From the NCBI GenBank assembly GCA_977018835.1, contig OZ361257.1, positions 3,658,001 through 3,722,000 on the forward strand: a stretch of 64,000 nt of DNA, in the 5' to 3' direction. A program made the translations under genes and the position numbers. Positions within the stretch are counted from its first letter, which is position 1. Each line of letters starts with the position of its first letter. The notes beneath the pieces are model-generated. The model was not told the origin of the DNA. It was given only the letters and a program-made list of their open reading frames with translations, and ran no database searches. Positions 36,369 through 48,368 of this stretch are shown here, piece by piece. The stretch comes from Minutocellus sp. GHC0000111. Taxonomy: Eukaryota.

Positions 36369-38316
36369 CTATTCATCCTCATAGAGTTCATCTTCAATCT
36401 CCTTTGCCTTTTCCTCGTCGGTCTTGTCGTCATCATCTGTCGATACATTTCCCCTGCTGGCCTCCAGCTGCTTCTTGTACGCATCAGGAGGGTAGCGCAT
36501 TCCCCGGACAGCATCGTTGTGCATGGTCAAGCAGTAGGCAATGCGTCTGTGGAAGGCCTCCGCCGGCTCGGTGGTGGCATACACATCGACGAGGTCATGA
36601 CTTTGCACGTATTGTCCGGCCCGGTCGATGGTAGCATCGATGACGCCATCCCGAACAGCCTTGGCAACGACGAATTCCGCCGACTCGATCGAGGGCAAAC
36701 CGAGGCGCTTGGCCACGTCCTCGAGGGAAATACGCGAGTACGACACGTTGAGCCGACGCAGACCGGCCTTGACGACGGAGTGGGCCAGGCGAGAGATGAG
36801 GGTGAAGGTACCGTCCGCCTTGAATCGGTCGGCAAAGGCCGAAACGGTCTCGTGGAAGACAGCGAGGTCGCCCCTTCGGACAGCCTGGGTGATCTTCATG
36901 TAGGGGTTGAGCTCGGTGCGCATCCCCTCGGCGAGGAAGTCGGTGCGTTCGGGGATCTCACCCATGAGAAGCTGAACGACGACGAGGAGGCGTTGGGTGG
37001 CAATGCGGAAGCCCAGGCCGGTGTTGGTCGGTGACTTGCGAAGGCACTGAGAGAGGTTGGAGAATGCTGAGGTATATTCGAGTCGAAGGGCTTGGATGCG
37101 ACCAGAGTAGTACAGGTAACGGCATAGCTGGTTGTTGGAGGCGGCATCGGGGAAAGTTGAGTTGGAAAGCAATTTGTGTGCTTGTTCCACTGTTGTGTTT
37201 GTTTGAAGTGATCAAGTCGATGATGATTGTGGGAGGATTGTAATGAGGAGGAAGAATGTGAGCTAATTATCAATGTTTGTAGTTCAAGGATTGGTAACGA
37301 CGTCAAAGAAGAAAAGACGAAGCCTAAGGGCGCAACCAAAACTCACCCTGATCGGCGGCCAACAACTCCCGAAGGAGGAGGTTGAGGACCGTGCTCTGCG
37401 TGTCTACATCACGTCGGAGGCAGGCGAGACGGTGGGCCGTCACCAGCTCGGAACGGAGAGCCTCGGCATCGACCGTGCCATCGGCTCCCAGCTTTTCGGC
37501 GACAAGGCAGCGGTATCGGTACAGCCGGGCCAGGAGGGGCTCCAATCCCTTGGATCCAAGTCCTCCGCCAGACGAAGCACCCGCCGACGAGCCGGTGGCA
37601 CCTCCGAGCGCTCCGGCGGCACCAGCCCGGGCCGTAGCGGCAGCCGCAGCGTCCATATGACCCCGAAGGATGTCGAGGGCAGCCCCGCTGACGGTCCAGG
37701 CCTTGGCAGCATCCCCAGCGTCGGCCGACTGGAGGAGGAGGCGGATTGCCAAGCTGAGCAGATAAGCCTCGACCTCTCGTGCGGCGGCCACCAGATATGT
37801 GGGACCAGAGGCGGCCTCCTTCTCGCCGTCATCGTCGTCCGACTTCTTCTCCTCCTCGTCTCCGTCGACGTCCATGGCAGCCGGTGGCGGGGCAACGCCG
37901 AGGGAGAGCAGAACCTCCCGACCCCGGCCAGCCGCTCCGGCCGGATCGAGCAGCGCATCGGCCGCCCCGACCACGTCGGTCAGGGTGGCGTCCTTGGCGG
38001 CCCCAGACGAGGTGCCCAACCACCTCCGAACGATCTTGGGGGGGTTGGAGTGCAGCACCGCCTCGACGGTCGAGGTGAGCGTCGCGCTGCCCGTGCCGGG
38101 GAGGCCCCCCGCACCGCCGGCGGATGTGCCATCTTTGGTGCTGGGTGAGGCGGCCGCCGTGGCCTTCTTGCCGCCGCCCAGGAGACGCTCAAGGCGCTTC
38201 CCGGCCGCGATCAGAGGGGGTACCACAACCCTGGGCTTGGCCTCGTCGTCTTTGTTGGCAGCTGCTGGGGCAGCAGCGGCCGCTTCGGCGTCCTTTTTGG
38301 TGGTATCTTCTCCCAT
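36369..38316 (-). CDS. RPN3: 26S proteasome regulatory subunit RPN3/PSMD3; intron 37190-37346
   Basis: NLLLR..L, SNNQLCRYLYYSGRI, LLMGEIP, SYSRISL, AKAVRDGVI, YATTEP..AFH.RI..CL..HN.AV..MRYP. Confidence 0.95.
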
Positions 38317-38596
38317 CTTGTTGCTCTCTTTGTGTTTCCTTGGGACTCCAAAAAATGGCGGACGAGGACATATGAGCCACTATTTTTCCTACAGTAGTGC
38401 CTAAGTATCTCCAGTTCGGGCATTCGTCAAAAGCACAAAGTAGATAGTCTCTTTTCGTCATTGATGGGAATCTAATTGGTGTTTTTGAACACAGCCTGCC
38501 TTTTCGGAACCGCCATTGTAGGCCTTCTCACGCATTGTGGCAGCGTCAGCAAGAAAGCCACAGCCTGGTGATCACCCCCAGCCCCCCTCGCTCATG

Positions 38597-38633
38597 CAGT
38601 CATCTTCGGATGACTGATACAGTCCGGACTGTA
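38597..38633. repeat. Adjacent small hairpin CAGTCATC-TTCG-GATGACTG and perfect palindrome TACAGTCCGGACTGTA
   Basis: Read directly at 38597-38616 and 38618-38633. Confidence 0.8.
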
Positions 38634-38779
38634 CCGATGTGCACGCACATTATGAGTTAAGTACAATGAATTTATGTTATCTCTACATATGGTCTATTTT
38701 GGTGTTACGGTATTAGACTAGGAATTCATGAAAGGATGTCTTGCTTGTCACTTTTCTACCGGTATGTCTTTCTTTTTTT

Positions 38780-39820
38780 TTAGGCAGTGATTGCGTTCCT
38801 CGAAACACGCCTCTGCATCGGCCGGTGGTAGCTTGATCCTCCTCCTTCTCCTCCCACCAGGACTTCTCCACGCCTTCTTCGGGGTCCCAAAGGAATTTCA
38901 AGCAAGAGGGAAGAGCCGCCAGATGATGAGGACGACGAAGAATCGCAATCAGCACCTGCTCCTGCCATCGTTGGTGTGTTGTTGGATTTACTCGTCTTTT
39001 TCCATTGCTTCTCACTCCGTCTTCGCATCCTTTGGATCGTCTTGAGCTGGATGGGGTCGTTGGACAGGATGGCATATTCGATCGGTGACATATGGTCGGA
39101 GTCTTCCAGATTCAGAGTTTCGGGTGCGGCATTGACGAGCAGATGAATGGCGATCTGAGATAGTGATCGCTGCGAAGACATCTTCCGGTACTGAATGATG
39201 GAGCTGGAAGGTCGGGACGACATGCCTGGGAAGCTGCTATCATCATCACCTACAAGTCGAATATCATCGGCCGATGCCAATAGCAAATGAAGGGGAGTCC
39301 GGCCATCGCAGTCGAGTTCTGTTGCTATTGTTCGAGGACGTTTCTGTAGCAAGTATTCCATTGTTTCGGGGCTCGACCAGGACATGGCGGCAATGTGAAG
39401 GAGGTTTCGCTGGGCGGCATCTGTCTCGTACAGACACGCCTCTTTGCGATTCAAAATAGAATTGACTAATCTAAGTGGGGCGTGATACTTGAGGGCGTTG
39501 TGGAGGACCAGAGGCTCGTCCTGTAGTTGGTTGAGGCCGCGATCGGTGCGCAGGTGACGCTGGACGTCATGCCAGGACCGACTCTGGATGAGATGCTGAT
39601 AAAAGTTGGGGCCGTTCTCGTCAAATTGAATGGTATCGAGGGGTGCACTTTCGACCATGGCAGAGGACGAAACGCTCGTGTGGCACTCAGACGACCTCTC
39701 CGTGGTACCCTGCTGCCGTCTCGTCTTGTGCCGTCTTCGATTCACCGCCCTCCTCGCACAAGCGATGAGGCCTTGGCGAGGGACACTGGACTTAGAGGTG
39801 GAGGTGACGCCTGGCTGCAT
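38780..39820 (-). CDS. Ankyrin-repeat-like protein
   Basis: LVLHNAL, RNLLHIAA, DGRTPLHL, EDSDHMSPIEYAI. Confidence 0.75.
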   Translation of the reverse strand: MQPGVTSTSKSSVPRQGLIACARRAVNRRRHKTRRQQGTTERSSECHTSVSSSAMVESAPLDTIQFDENGPNFYQHLIQSRSWHDVQRHLRTDRGLNQLQDEPLVLHNALKYHAPLRLVNSILNRKEACLYETDAAQRNLLHIAAMSWSSPETMEYLLQKRPRTIATELDCDGRTPLHLLLASADDIRLVGDDDSSFPGMSSRPSSSIIQYRKMSSQRSLSQIAIHLLVNAAPETLNLEDSDHMSPIEYAILSNDPIQLKTIQRMRRRSEKQWKKTSKSNNTPTMAGAGADCDSSSSSSSGGSSLLLEIPLGPRRRRGEVLVGGEGGGSSYHRPMQRRVSRNAITA

Positions 39821-40245
39821 GGTGGACGCCGTTATCTTTGACTTAAGGCCGAGCAACGACGACGATATATTATTGCAACTGCTTCAGCAAATGTTGCAAT
39901 GTGCTTGGTGGATGGTGCGCATGCGGGGTGTGTGGCTGCGCGGTTTTTGCCCGCATGCCGGTAACAAAAGACAGGTTCTCTGGCATTCGACGATGATCTG
40001 ACGAGCTTTCGCCCTCGACTTTTTGTGTGGCTTTGATGAAGCGGGACCAGTTTCTGACTCTTTCCTTGTGAAGTATAGAGCATGGAGGGAAACAGCCAAA
40101 TTTATAGGATTCCCCCTAAAATGGAGGACTCTCGTCACTCTCGGTGCCGGTGTGGTGGTGTGTGGGTGTCGTCCCGTTAAGAGGCTCTGAAGTATAGCTT
40201 AAATCTATCTATCGGAATGAAAAGTTAGAACCAAATTCAATACAC

Positions 40246-40552
40246 ATGCTCCTTTGGGGTTGCAAGAGCTGAACGACACAGTCCAAGGAGGTTCAAGCTC
40301 TACGAATCTTCCAATTTCGTTGTCTTCGTACTTTCTCAAAATCAACGTCATGCACAAGACATCAAGGGCAACAATCCTGGAATTGTGCCAGGTTCAGGAC
40401 ATCATCCAAACCATGGACCTTCGTCGAGCCCGTTGGCTTGAGAAGCTGTCACACATAGACTTCACCCGATGTCCTCGACTTCTCTTTGGCTGCTGGCTGT
40501 ACGGTAGAGTGTACCATCGCGACTCGAAGCCGCTAAAAATGATTGGACACTC
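40246..40552 (+). mobile_element. Decayed RTE-clade LINE fragment (C-terminal RT region)
   Basis: LLWGCKS*T...IFQFRCLR / KINV...ILE...MDLRRARWLEKLSH...RCPRLL matches the RTE pattern LLYGCETW..FH.RCLR.I..RRLRW.GH..RM..R.P. Confidence 0.7.
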
Positions 40553-40820
40553 CCTCTCGCTGCTACTCCTCTTTCGAGGAACAAAGCTTCGCCGATGCGT
40601 TTCAGGCTGTCGGTGTGAGAGTGCCCAATCGTCTTGAGCGGCTTCGAGTCGCGATGGTACACTCTGCCGCCGTATAGCCAACAGCCAAAGAGTAGTCGAG
40701 GACATCGGGTGAAATCCATGTGCGATAGCTTCTCGATCCAACGGGCTCGACAAAGGTCCATGGTCTGGTAATGTCCTGAACTTGGCACATCTCCAAGATT
40801 CTAGTACTACGAAACATCAT
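40553..40820 (-). mobile_element. Second RTE-LINE fragment, inverted relative to the first
   Basis: 40619-40800 is a diverged reverse complement of 40373-40552; encodes MDLCRARWIEKLSHMDFTRCPRLL... Confidence 0.7.
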
Positions 40821-40835
40821 CAGCACTTACCGGTA

Positions 40836-41036
40836 CAGTCCATTCTCACCTAAATAAGCAATTGGTAATTGCTTAGGTGAGGGCTGAGATTCTGAGCATT
40901 GGTCCCTATTGCTTATTCTAAGAGCAAATTGGCACCCCATTCGCATGTTATTCCTTATTCCAAAATAAGCAATATTTGCAAATTTGAGACCTCGGGCCCG
41001 AGTCTCAATTGCTTCATAATAGGTGAGAACGGACTG
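40836..41036. mobile_element. Tc1/mariner-type MITE (201 bp)
   Basis: TIRs CAGTCCATTCTCACCTA / TAGGTGAGAACGGACTG (16/17 match, extending with gaps to AAGCAATTG); TA on both sides; internal hairpins; non-coding. Confidence 0.85.
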
Positions 41037-41233
41037 TACATGTTAGAATGTAGTAGATCTAGATCTAGAGATACACATGTAGATCTACTTAGTTAGATCT
41101 GCTGGTAGAGTAGAATTTTTATGTTTTAAGGATGTCATGTAATAGAAATAGAATGTATCATTCTACATGCACCGGTGGACTCAAAAACGTTAACTGCACC
41201 ACGAATGAGTTCCTCTCTTTTCCCTCCTCCATG

Positions 41234-44150
41234 TTATTGCTTCTTCTCCTCTCCTCCGTCGCTGCTACTCATTTCTTCGTCAACAATTTTTTCCGTCCTT
41301 TCCATCCGCTGCTGATCCTCGTCGGGAATTGCAAATCGCTTGTCGTTGGCTTTTGGATCCTGTTCTTTATCATTGTCAGAACCAGATAGGTTGGATGAGG
41401 CACTTCCAAAGCCCCATGACGCTTTGGAACTTCCACGTCGATATGTAGACTCATCTACCATAGACTCCACTGCCGTGAGCTTAGATCGAAGACGAAGGAC
41501 CATGCTCTGGAGTTGGACGGGAGTAAGAGTCATCACATCTACATTTCGATCTTCATCGTGAATCGACCCCCTCGAGAACATAACGTCGGTGTCATCATCC
41601 GGGACGATGGAACCTCCCTCACTATCCCTCCTTCGGAAGACACCACGGAACCGTCTGCCCTTGAGCTCTTTCGGAAGACACTGATAGATGAATACCTCCT
41701 CCGATACGCCCTTTAATTCCAATCCACCAACGACGCTTATCTTGCAGTCGTTCTTAACTTTTTCAGACAAACGAGTGATGATCTCCGATGATATGAGCGT
41801 CTGCCCTCCGAAGCCTAGCGCCTCGATCCGCGCTGCTGCATTGACGGCGGGACCATAATAGTCGTATCCCTTGGTAACATCATCGTATTGAATCTGAACT
41901 TGGCGTCCTGCGAGTGTTGGCCGAGATGCACTCCAATTCGAACGCGTAGGCCACGGAAGATAGCCCTTGGCATCTTTTCGCGACTGTGGGAGACGGCAAA
42001 TTCGGTGCATGCCGAAGGCATATCAGCCAGTCCAATCGGCCATTCGGCCGCGAGAAGATCCGTCTGAATGTCATTTGCAACTTGCACCGCTGCATCGGCA
42101 CTTCCCAGTGCAATCATGAAGGCATCCCCGATGGTCTTGACTTCGTAACCTTGGTGGCGATCAATCACTTTGCGAATGACGTTGTGATGGATCTCAAGCG
42201 CTTTGGACATGGTGTCCTTGGACGCATCCCAGAGTGCTGTGCTGCCCTCAATGTCGGTGAAAACGAGGGCGACAACGCCATCCTTCGGTGCAGTGTTGAC
42301 GTCTCTCGTCTTGTATTTGATCGTCTGGTGCTGCTTTACGACCATGTAAATAAGTCCGAGAAGGAGAAGACCCACAACGACAACAACTGGGATAATAATA
42401 TTGAGTGGAGCCTCGTCACCTTGCTGGGGAGCGCAGGTGCCCTGCATTTCCTCCCAGGCTGTATAGTTGCCCAGGGTATCAACACCACGCTCTTCGGAAA
42501 TATCAGGTCGGACCTGACCCTCGGGACAAGCCGCACAAGTGTCCGTTGTGGGGTCTTTTGAGGAGTCTTCGGGACAGGAGCACATTGCCATGCTACCATC
42601 AATGTCAGAACAACCTGTGATACCTCCGCACGTAGGTGGGACGACATTCCTCCCCGGAATGATACAGGTGTCGGTTGGGCATTCCTCGCAACGCGCATCA
42701 AGACCCATTCCTACGCCGTAGGTACCCATTGGACAAAGATCGCAGGTCGTACCGTTCCATTGTGTACCCTCTTGGCAGCACTCGGGCACCCGAAGTGCGT
42801 CGCACTCGGTCTCGGCAAAGAATACTTGGACTGTGTTCTCGGCGTGTGTGACCGCGATCAGATCGTCGTCACCATCACCATCCATGTCTCCGTGCGAGAC
42901 ATAATGCCCCTGTACACCGACATAGATGGTGTGGTTCTGCCATTCGTTGCCTTGGCCATCTAGATTCTCGTACCATCGAATGTAGCCATCGAAGAATGAG
43001 GCTGAGGCAACATCAACGTCTCCATCGCGATCGAAATCTATGGCGGTGACGCTGAGAACAAAGTCGGCGTTGTCGTAAATAAGCGTCTTGCTGAACTTGC
43101 CGGTTCCATCATTGCGCCAAAGCGACACGTGGTCGTTACCATTGGAAGCAACGACGAGCTGCAAAGTGAGATTCAAGTAAATCGATGGGGTAGTTGAAGA
43201 GGGTAGAGGAAGATAGATTAGTACCGGTGCTGTTCCAAAATTAAATGAGAGAAAACTTCCAGAAAATGCATCGCATATAGATATGTGCATAGTCTCACAT
43301 CATTGTGACCATCCTGGTCCACGTCAGCGGCAACGAGGGAATATGCGCCAGTAGATTCTTGTCCCTGCGAAATGATAATTTTGGTGGGGAAGTGCCCGGT
43401 TCCGTCGTTGGGATACCACGCCACAGTATCATCATCCTTGCTGGCTGATGCCAGGTCAACCCACCCATCCCCATTCAGATCAGATGCCACTACAGTCCTT
43501 GCACCAACAGCATTGTCGTCAACCACCTCCTTGATCTCGCAGAAGGTTCCGTTGACGCCAATGTTCTTGAAGACGGCAATCGTGTTATCGCCCGACGAGG
43601 CGGTGGCAATGTCAGGATCGCCATCGTTGTCCAGGTCGGCGACGGTCACTCCCTGACCTTCATTGACGGCCGACGAGATCAGATGCTCGATGAACACACC
43701 GGTCCCGTCGTTCTCGAACCACCGGAGGCTGGAATCATAATACGACGCCCCGACGACGTCCTGATCACCATCGCCGTCGATGTCCGCCGCGGTCACGATG
43801 CGCGACCCGAGCGACGACCAAGTGATCTTCTTCTTGATACTGAACTCGGGATGGGGCGACCCGCCGAGGTTCTTGAACCAGCTCACGGCATTGTCGTTGG
43901 ATGAGGCGCTGACGATGTCCAGCATGCCATCCCCGTCGAAATCTGCCGCGACGGCGCATCGAGCCCCCATGGCCTGGTCGGTGACGATTGTTCGGCGGTC
44001 GGTGGTAAAAAGTGTATTTGAGTCAGCGCCGGCAGTCTGCTCCTGGGCAAAGACAGAGGCGGGAGCCAGAAGAGCCATGCCCAGCATCGCCGCCGCCCCC
44101 CTACATGCACCAGCCCCTGACATGGCGGTGCGTCTCTTCGCTGATACCAT
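41234..44150 (-). CDS. Receptor-type adenylate cyclase 1: signal peptide, FG-GAP/VCBS repeats, Cys-rich region, TM helix, class III cyclase; intron 43159-43298; frameshifting 13-nt deletion at about 41903
   Basis: Seven DxDxDG-type repeats; TM IIIPVVVVVGLLLLGLIYMVV; FTDIEGSTALW, YEVKTIGDAFM, GLRVRIG, DVTKGYDYYG, NAAARIE. Confidence 0.85.
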
Positions 44151-44683
44151 GCTAGATTTCCTTGTTGGCTTTGGTTTTAAGCCCATACCACAAGAGAAAG
44201 TTGGGACAGCTCGACAGCTCAGCACTCTGCAACTCTGTCTTTCCGGGGAAATTGTTATGCCCCACCAAGTGACCTGTCCCTGCTCCGTCAAATATTGATG
44301 CAATCTCGAAGCACCGTAAGGCTCTCGTCGCCAGAAGGAATACTACTTGGCCGAGTGGACAGCTACTGCAAGATAATGCCGGTGGTCCGTGGCAGAGTAG
44401 AAGCAAAGTGGGTGTCTTATCCCTTGAGCGGTAATGGAGCGTTCCGCTCAATTCATTCAATCCACACACAGTGTTTCTGGCGGGCAGAAATTTAGGCCAG
44501 GAGCGGACGGTGACTTTTGAGGGACATAAATGCTAAGAAAACCTTTCCTTCAATGTTTCGGAATGATTCACATCTTAATACTTTTCTACACTTTCAGAAA
44601 TGTCCTCAGATCTTGTGTCTTTATGTTCCCGTTGTTTCATTTCTGGCGTCGGGCCTACGTAGTACGTAGGCCTAGATCTAGTA

Positions 44684-47600
44684 CCTTCGAGTTCAGAGGA
44701 TTTGAAAGTGACGTGATGATGACGTATTAGAAACACGACCACACCAGACCAAAAATCCAAGCTCACTTTTTCTAACTCCGAGGAAAAAATGACGGCCAAG
44801 ATGGAAGTCGGGGCAAGAACCAAGTTATGGTCACCAACTTCTACATATAGTCGAGAGATATTGTGCACCAGAACCAATAAATGTACATTATGTGATGATT
44901 TTTTTCGACATTTGCATTCCTCACCCCGGGAAAAAATACATTTTTGGAAGCACCAAATCAAAATGTAATGAATAGAAATGGACATGCTATGATAAGTTAT
45001 AGCAAAACAATGACTCCATCGTCTTCATCATTTTCATCTATGTCGTCCTCAATGTCATCATCTTCGCCGGGAGCATCAATTGGCCAGAGTGGTTCACTAT
45101 CCTCTTCAGCTTCTTCCTCTCGGCAATTTTTGCGAGACCAGCCTTTCCCCGTCTGGTCTCCACAAGATTGTTACCGCCACGACTTCTCTTGATGTTGTTA
45201 TATATCACTGGAAGTTTTCCAAATACATTGAGAAAGGCCTCTTTTGATGCGACATTGGCCCATGCTTTCATCACAGTCTTGTCAAGAGCAGCATTCGCAT
45301 CATTCTTCTGACCGCGATGCTCCTTTTCGACGGCCGACTGCAAAGACATCCAGATGCCGAGATCAAGAACATTTGTCTCGGGCGACCGAGGAACCTGCTG
45401 GATTATCTCAATCTTATATTTGTTTTTGAGGTCCTCGGTGTGCTTCTCAACTGCTTCATTGGACCCATGACCGCCGGCATTGTCCATCATAAGACACACA
45501 ACAACATCAGACTCCTGAATGTTTTGTGGATCCCACTTCACCCAATGATGTGCGTCTCGAATCGCCTTCCCGACCTCATTCATAGTCTCCAACATCCATT
45601 TGGAGTCGCAGCTACAGTCCTTGGTAACCTTGTCGCCCCGTTGACACCGCACCCCGAGCTCAAGGTCGTCGATCTCAACCTTCACCTTCTCTCCATTGCT
45701 ATCAGGAGTGTGTGTCGCTTGAGACTCGAGATCTTTTGATTGTAGCCAACAGCGGCATGCTTGCGACTTTTTGCCTGACCGTCGGATTTGTAGTCCTCGT
45801 ATTGAAGTTCCAATCGCTCTGTAACAAACTCAGAAAGGCCGTAGATTTCGGCAATGTGGTCGCAAAGATGGCCGGCGGTCATGTCAGCATTCTCGTCGTA
45901 AATGTCGCGCCAATCTTTGTCATTTTTTAGCGCATCGTTGACCTTAGCATCTGGAGAGAAATTCTGATTACGCGTAAGCTTTTCCACCTTCTGCTCCCTG
46001 GCGACTCTCTTGATCATGATGCGCCCATTGAAATCAACGTCTTTGGTTTCATCCTTCATTGGTCGGCCAACAACTCCAAGACACATAACTTTGACAGGGT
46101 GTCTTCTGGATCGAATTTTCGGGCTTGCCTCGGAAGCATGGTGGACAGACGCGAGGTTCGGACTGCTTAGTTCTTCGTCAGAAAGTGGCAACATCTTGAT
46201 CTTTCGTCGCCGAGTGGTAGTGTAAAACCACTTTTCATCAAGACACGCTACAGGAATGTTGGGATCGGTCGTAATGTCCTCCCACTTTTCGATCCAATCA
46301 AGTCGCTTCCTACAATGTTCGGGGGTGAGCCTCGGCTTCTCGATCGACGACTTCTCCTTGCCGCCTTGCTTTTTCCACCAGCGAAAAGCTGAAGACGATG
46401 GAGACTAATTGTCAGCCTATCTTCATCTGGAGTAGCTGATTTTGCGCTCATGCAGTCAGCTAGCTCCTTAAAGGTTGCCATCGCACCCTTCATCCGAGCA
46501 GCATGCACCGACACAGCTCGCGGAGACATCCTGGCTCCTTCTCCTCGATCATGTCCGTGCATGCCTTCCTTCCACGAACCTCCTTTCTGCCGATGGGATT
46601 GCTGATGCCATCAGTAAGGCTTTTGTAGAGCTGGTCTCTCCACTTGTAAAGCTGAGAACCACCGGTTGACTTGGCATGACCGTGATCGTGCGCAACTTGC
46701 CGACACGCGGCAGTTGCAATTTGTTGCCGGTCTTCATGCGTGCGAGTTGGGTCGCCGTGTCCCCACCAATCCGCGAGAGCCACGGCGCTGAACCGCATTC
46801 TTTCATTCGCCTGCTTTTCTTTTCTGATTGGTGTTGGTTCGGTGACGGTTGCATTGGGACGAGGAGGACGGAGCATGTCATCGTTGGCCATCCGAACAAC
46901 AAAGTCGAGGCCGAGAGCGACCTTTGCCTGTTCATCAATGTCACTGGAGGTGGCACAGACAACGGAAGTGTCGGCTCCTCCTAAACCTTCATCATTGGGG
47001 GAGGCTGCAGCTGCTTCAGTGGCGGAAGCATCACCAGTTCCCTTCAGCATGCTGAGGAGACTTGCTGGCATCCAACCCAGTTTCTTGGCCTCGTCGACTA
47101 GTGATTTTACTCTTGCTTCGCAATGCGCTGACTGTGCCTCCTTTCTGTGAGCTGACAACCTCTCACCTAGCTTAGTAGCTAAGACAGTCGAGCGCCCAGA
47201 GAACAGAACTTCATCGGGATTTCTTTTCTCGTGCACCTTCTGTCCCTCCGGTCCAGAGAATTTCGGGTGGTTGTCCTCCTTCTTTTTTCGCAACCTGTGA
47301 GCACAAACACAAAAAGCGCCCTGCGTCTTGTCTTCCCTCTCGGCCGATGCGTCGACAAGTGCAACTTCAAACTACAATGCTCCTTGAGATGTTGCTGCAT
47401 GTCCTTCCATTTTTCCTCGTTGTACTGTAGCTCATGCTTTCCTCCACCGACGGACTTGGAACGCAACAAGTCGGCCTCGATGAAAGCAGGGAGGACGTCT
47501 TCCCATTTCTGCCGAGAACCAACACAATTGTCATCTTTGCCGCAGGAATCGGGGGTTACTCTCCACCACAGATCCTTACCAGCCCTTCGAATGACATCTG

Positions 47601-48148
47601 CTGCAAGGAGAAAGGCCATGGGGATAGGAGGAGGGGCCGTCCTCTTCTTCGCCGACGACGGTGTGACGGTTTGGCGGGCGAATTTGACCGACCGTGGCCG
47701 CGCTTCTTCGACGTGTTTGCGCTCGGCGATGGTGTTTTCGGCTCAGCTGCCGCCTTTGCCGCCTTCCTGGATGCCTTGGTGTTGCCTCTCTTGCTCCCTG
47801 AGAACGAAGTTCTGCTGCGTTTGTATTTTTTGGGCGTGGTCTGGTTGGTCGTCGTCATCGTCACAAAATTTGCGGGGGGGTTGCGGTGAGGGTGTGCGGG
47901 GGACCAAAAAATATATGTGTTCCTGCCAGAATCTACTGGACCTGCGAATTTAGTGGATACTACTGGTCGGTGGCAACCTACTGAATGAGCAGGTCCAGTA
48001 GATATCCACGAGTTGAGGAGTATTTGCGTTCCTCCCGAAGAGAACATCGACTAACAAAACACGTGGTGGGAAATGAGAAATGGGTGCAAGAATGACCTTT
48101 TTTAGGGGTTATTGGTATACCCTCTACAAATCCTCTGAAACCGAAAGG
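44684..48148 (-). mobile_element. DD39D Tc1/mariner DNA transposon (about 3.46 kb), degenerate
   Basis: Imperfect TIRs CCTTCGAGTTCAGAGGATTTG (44684-44704) and CAAATCCTCTGAAACCGAAAGG (48127-48148), each flanked by TA; internal transposase fragments. Confidence 0.85.
44997..47858 (-). pseudogene. Frameshifted DD39D transposase with a long N-terminal extension and acidic tail
   Basis: LDEKWF (about 46230), KVMCLGVVGRP, MDNAGGH...PRSPETNVLDLG with 39 residues between D2 and D3; several frameshifts. Confidence 0.85.
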
Positions 48149-48368
48149 TACGGCCAAATTCAGAGAGATGAGAAGCTTGCAATCACACATGATGCGTAAG
48201 CGGTATCAAAGAAGAAGGTAGTACCACTTGACACCGTCGATGCAGCAGCTGCCTGCATCGCGGCAATGTCAAATGGTCAATTCATCGTATTGCAAAGAGT
48301 GAACGTTCTAATTTTACGTGAGGAATCGCCGAAGGGCGAAACACATACAAAAGAGAAGCGTCAGACGG

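Noticed and set aside
35228..38404. + strand ORFs of 321, 282, 291 and 201 aa
   Set aside because: Antisense to purC and RPN3, which explain the sequence
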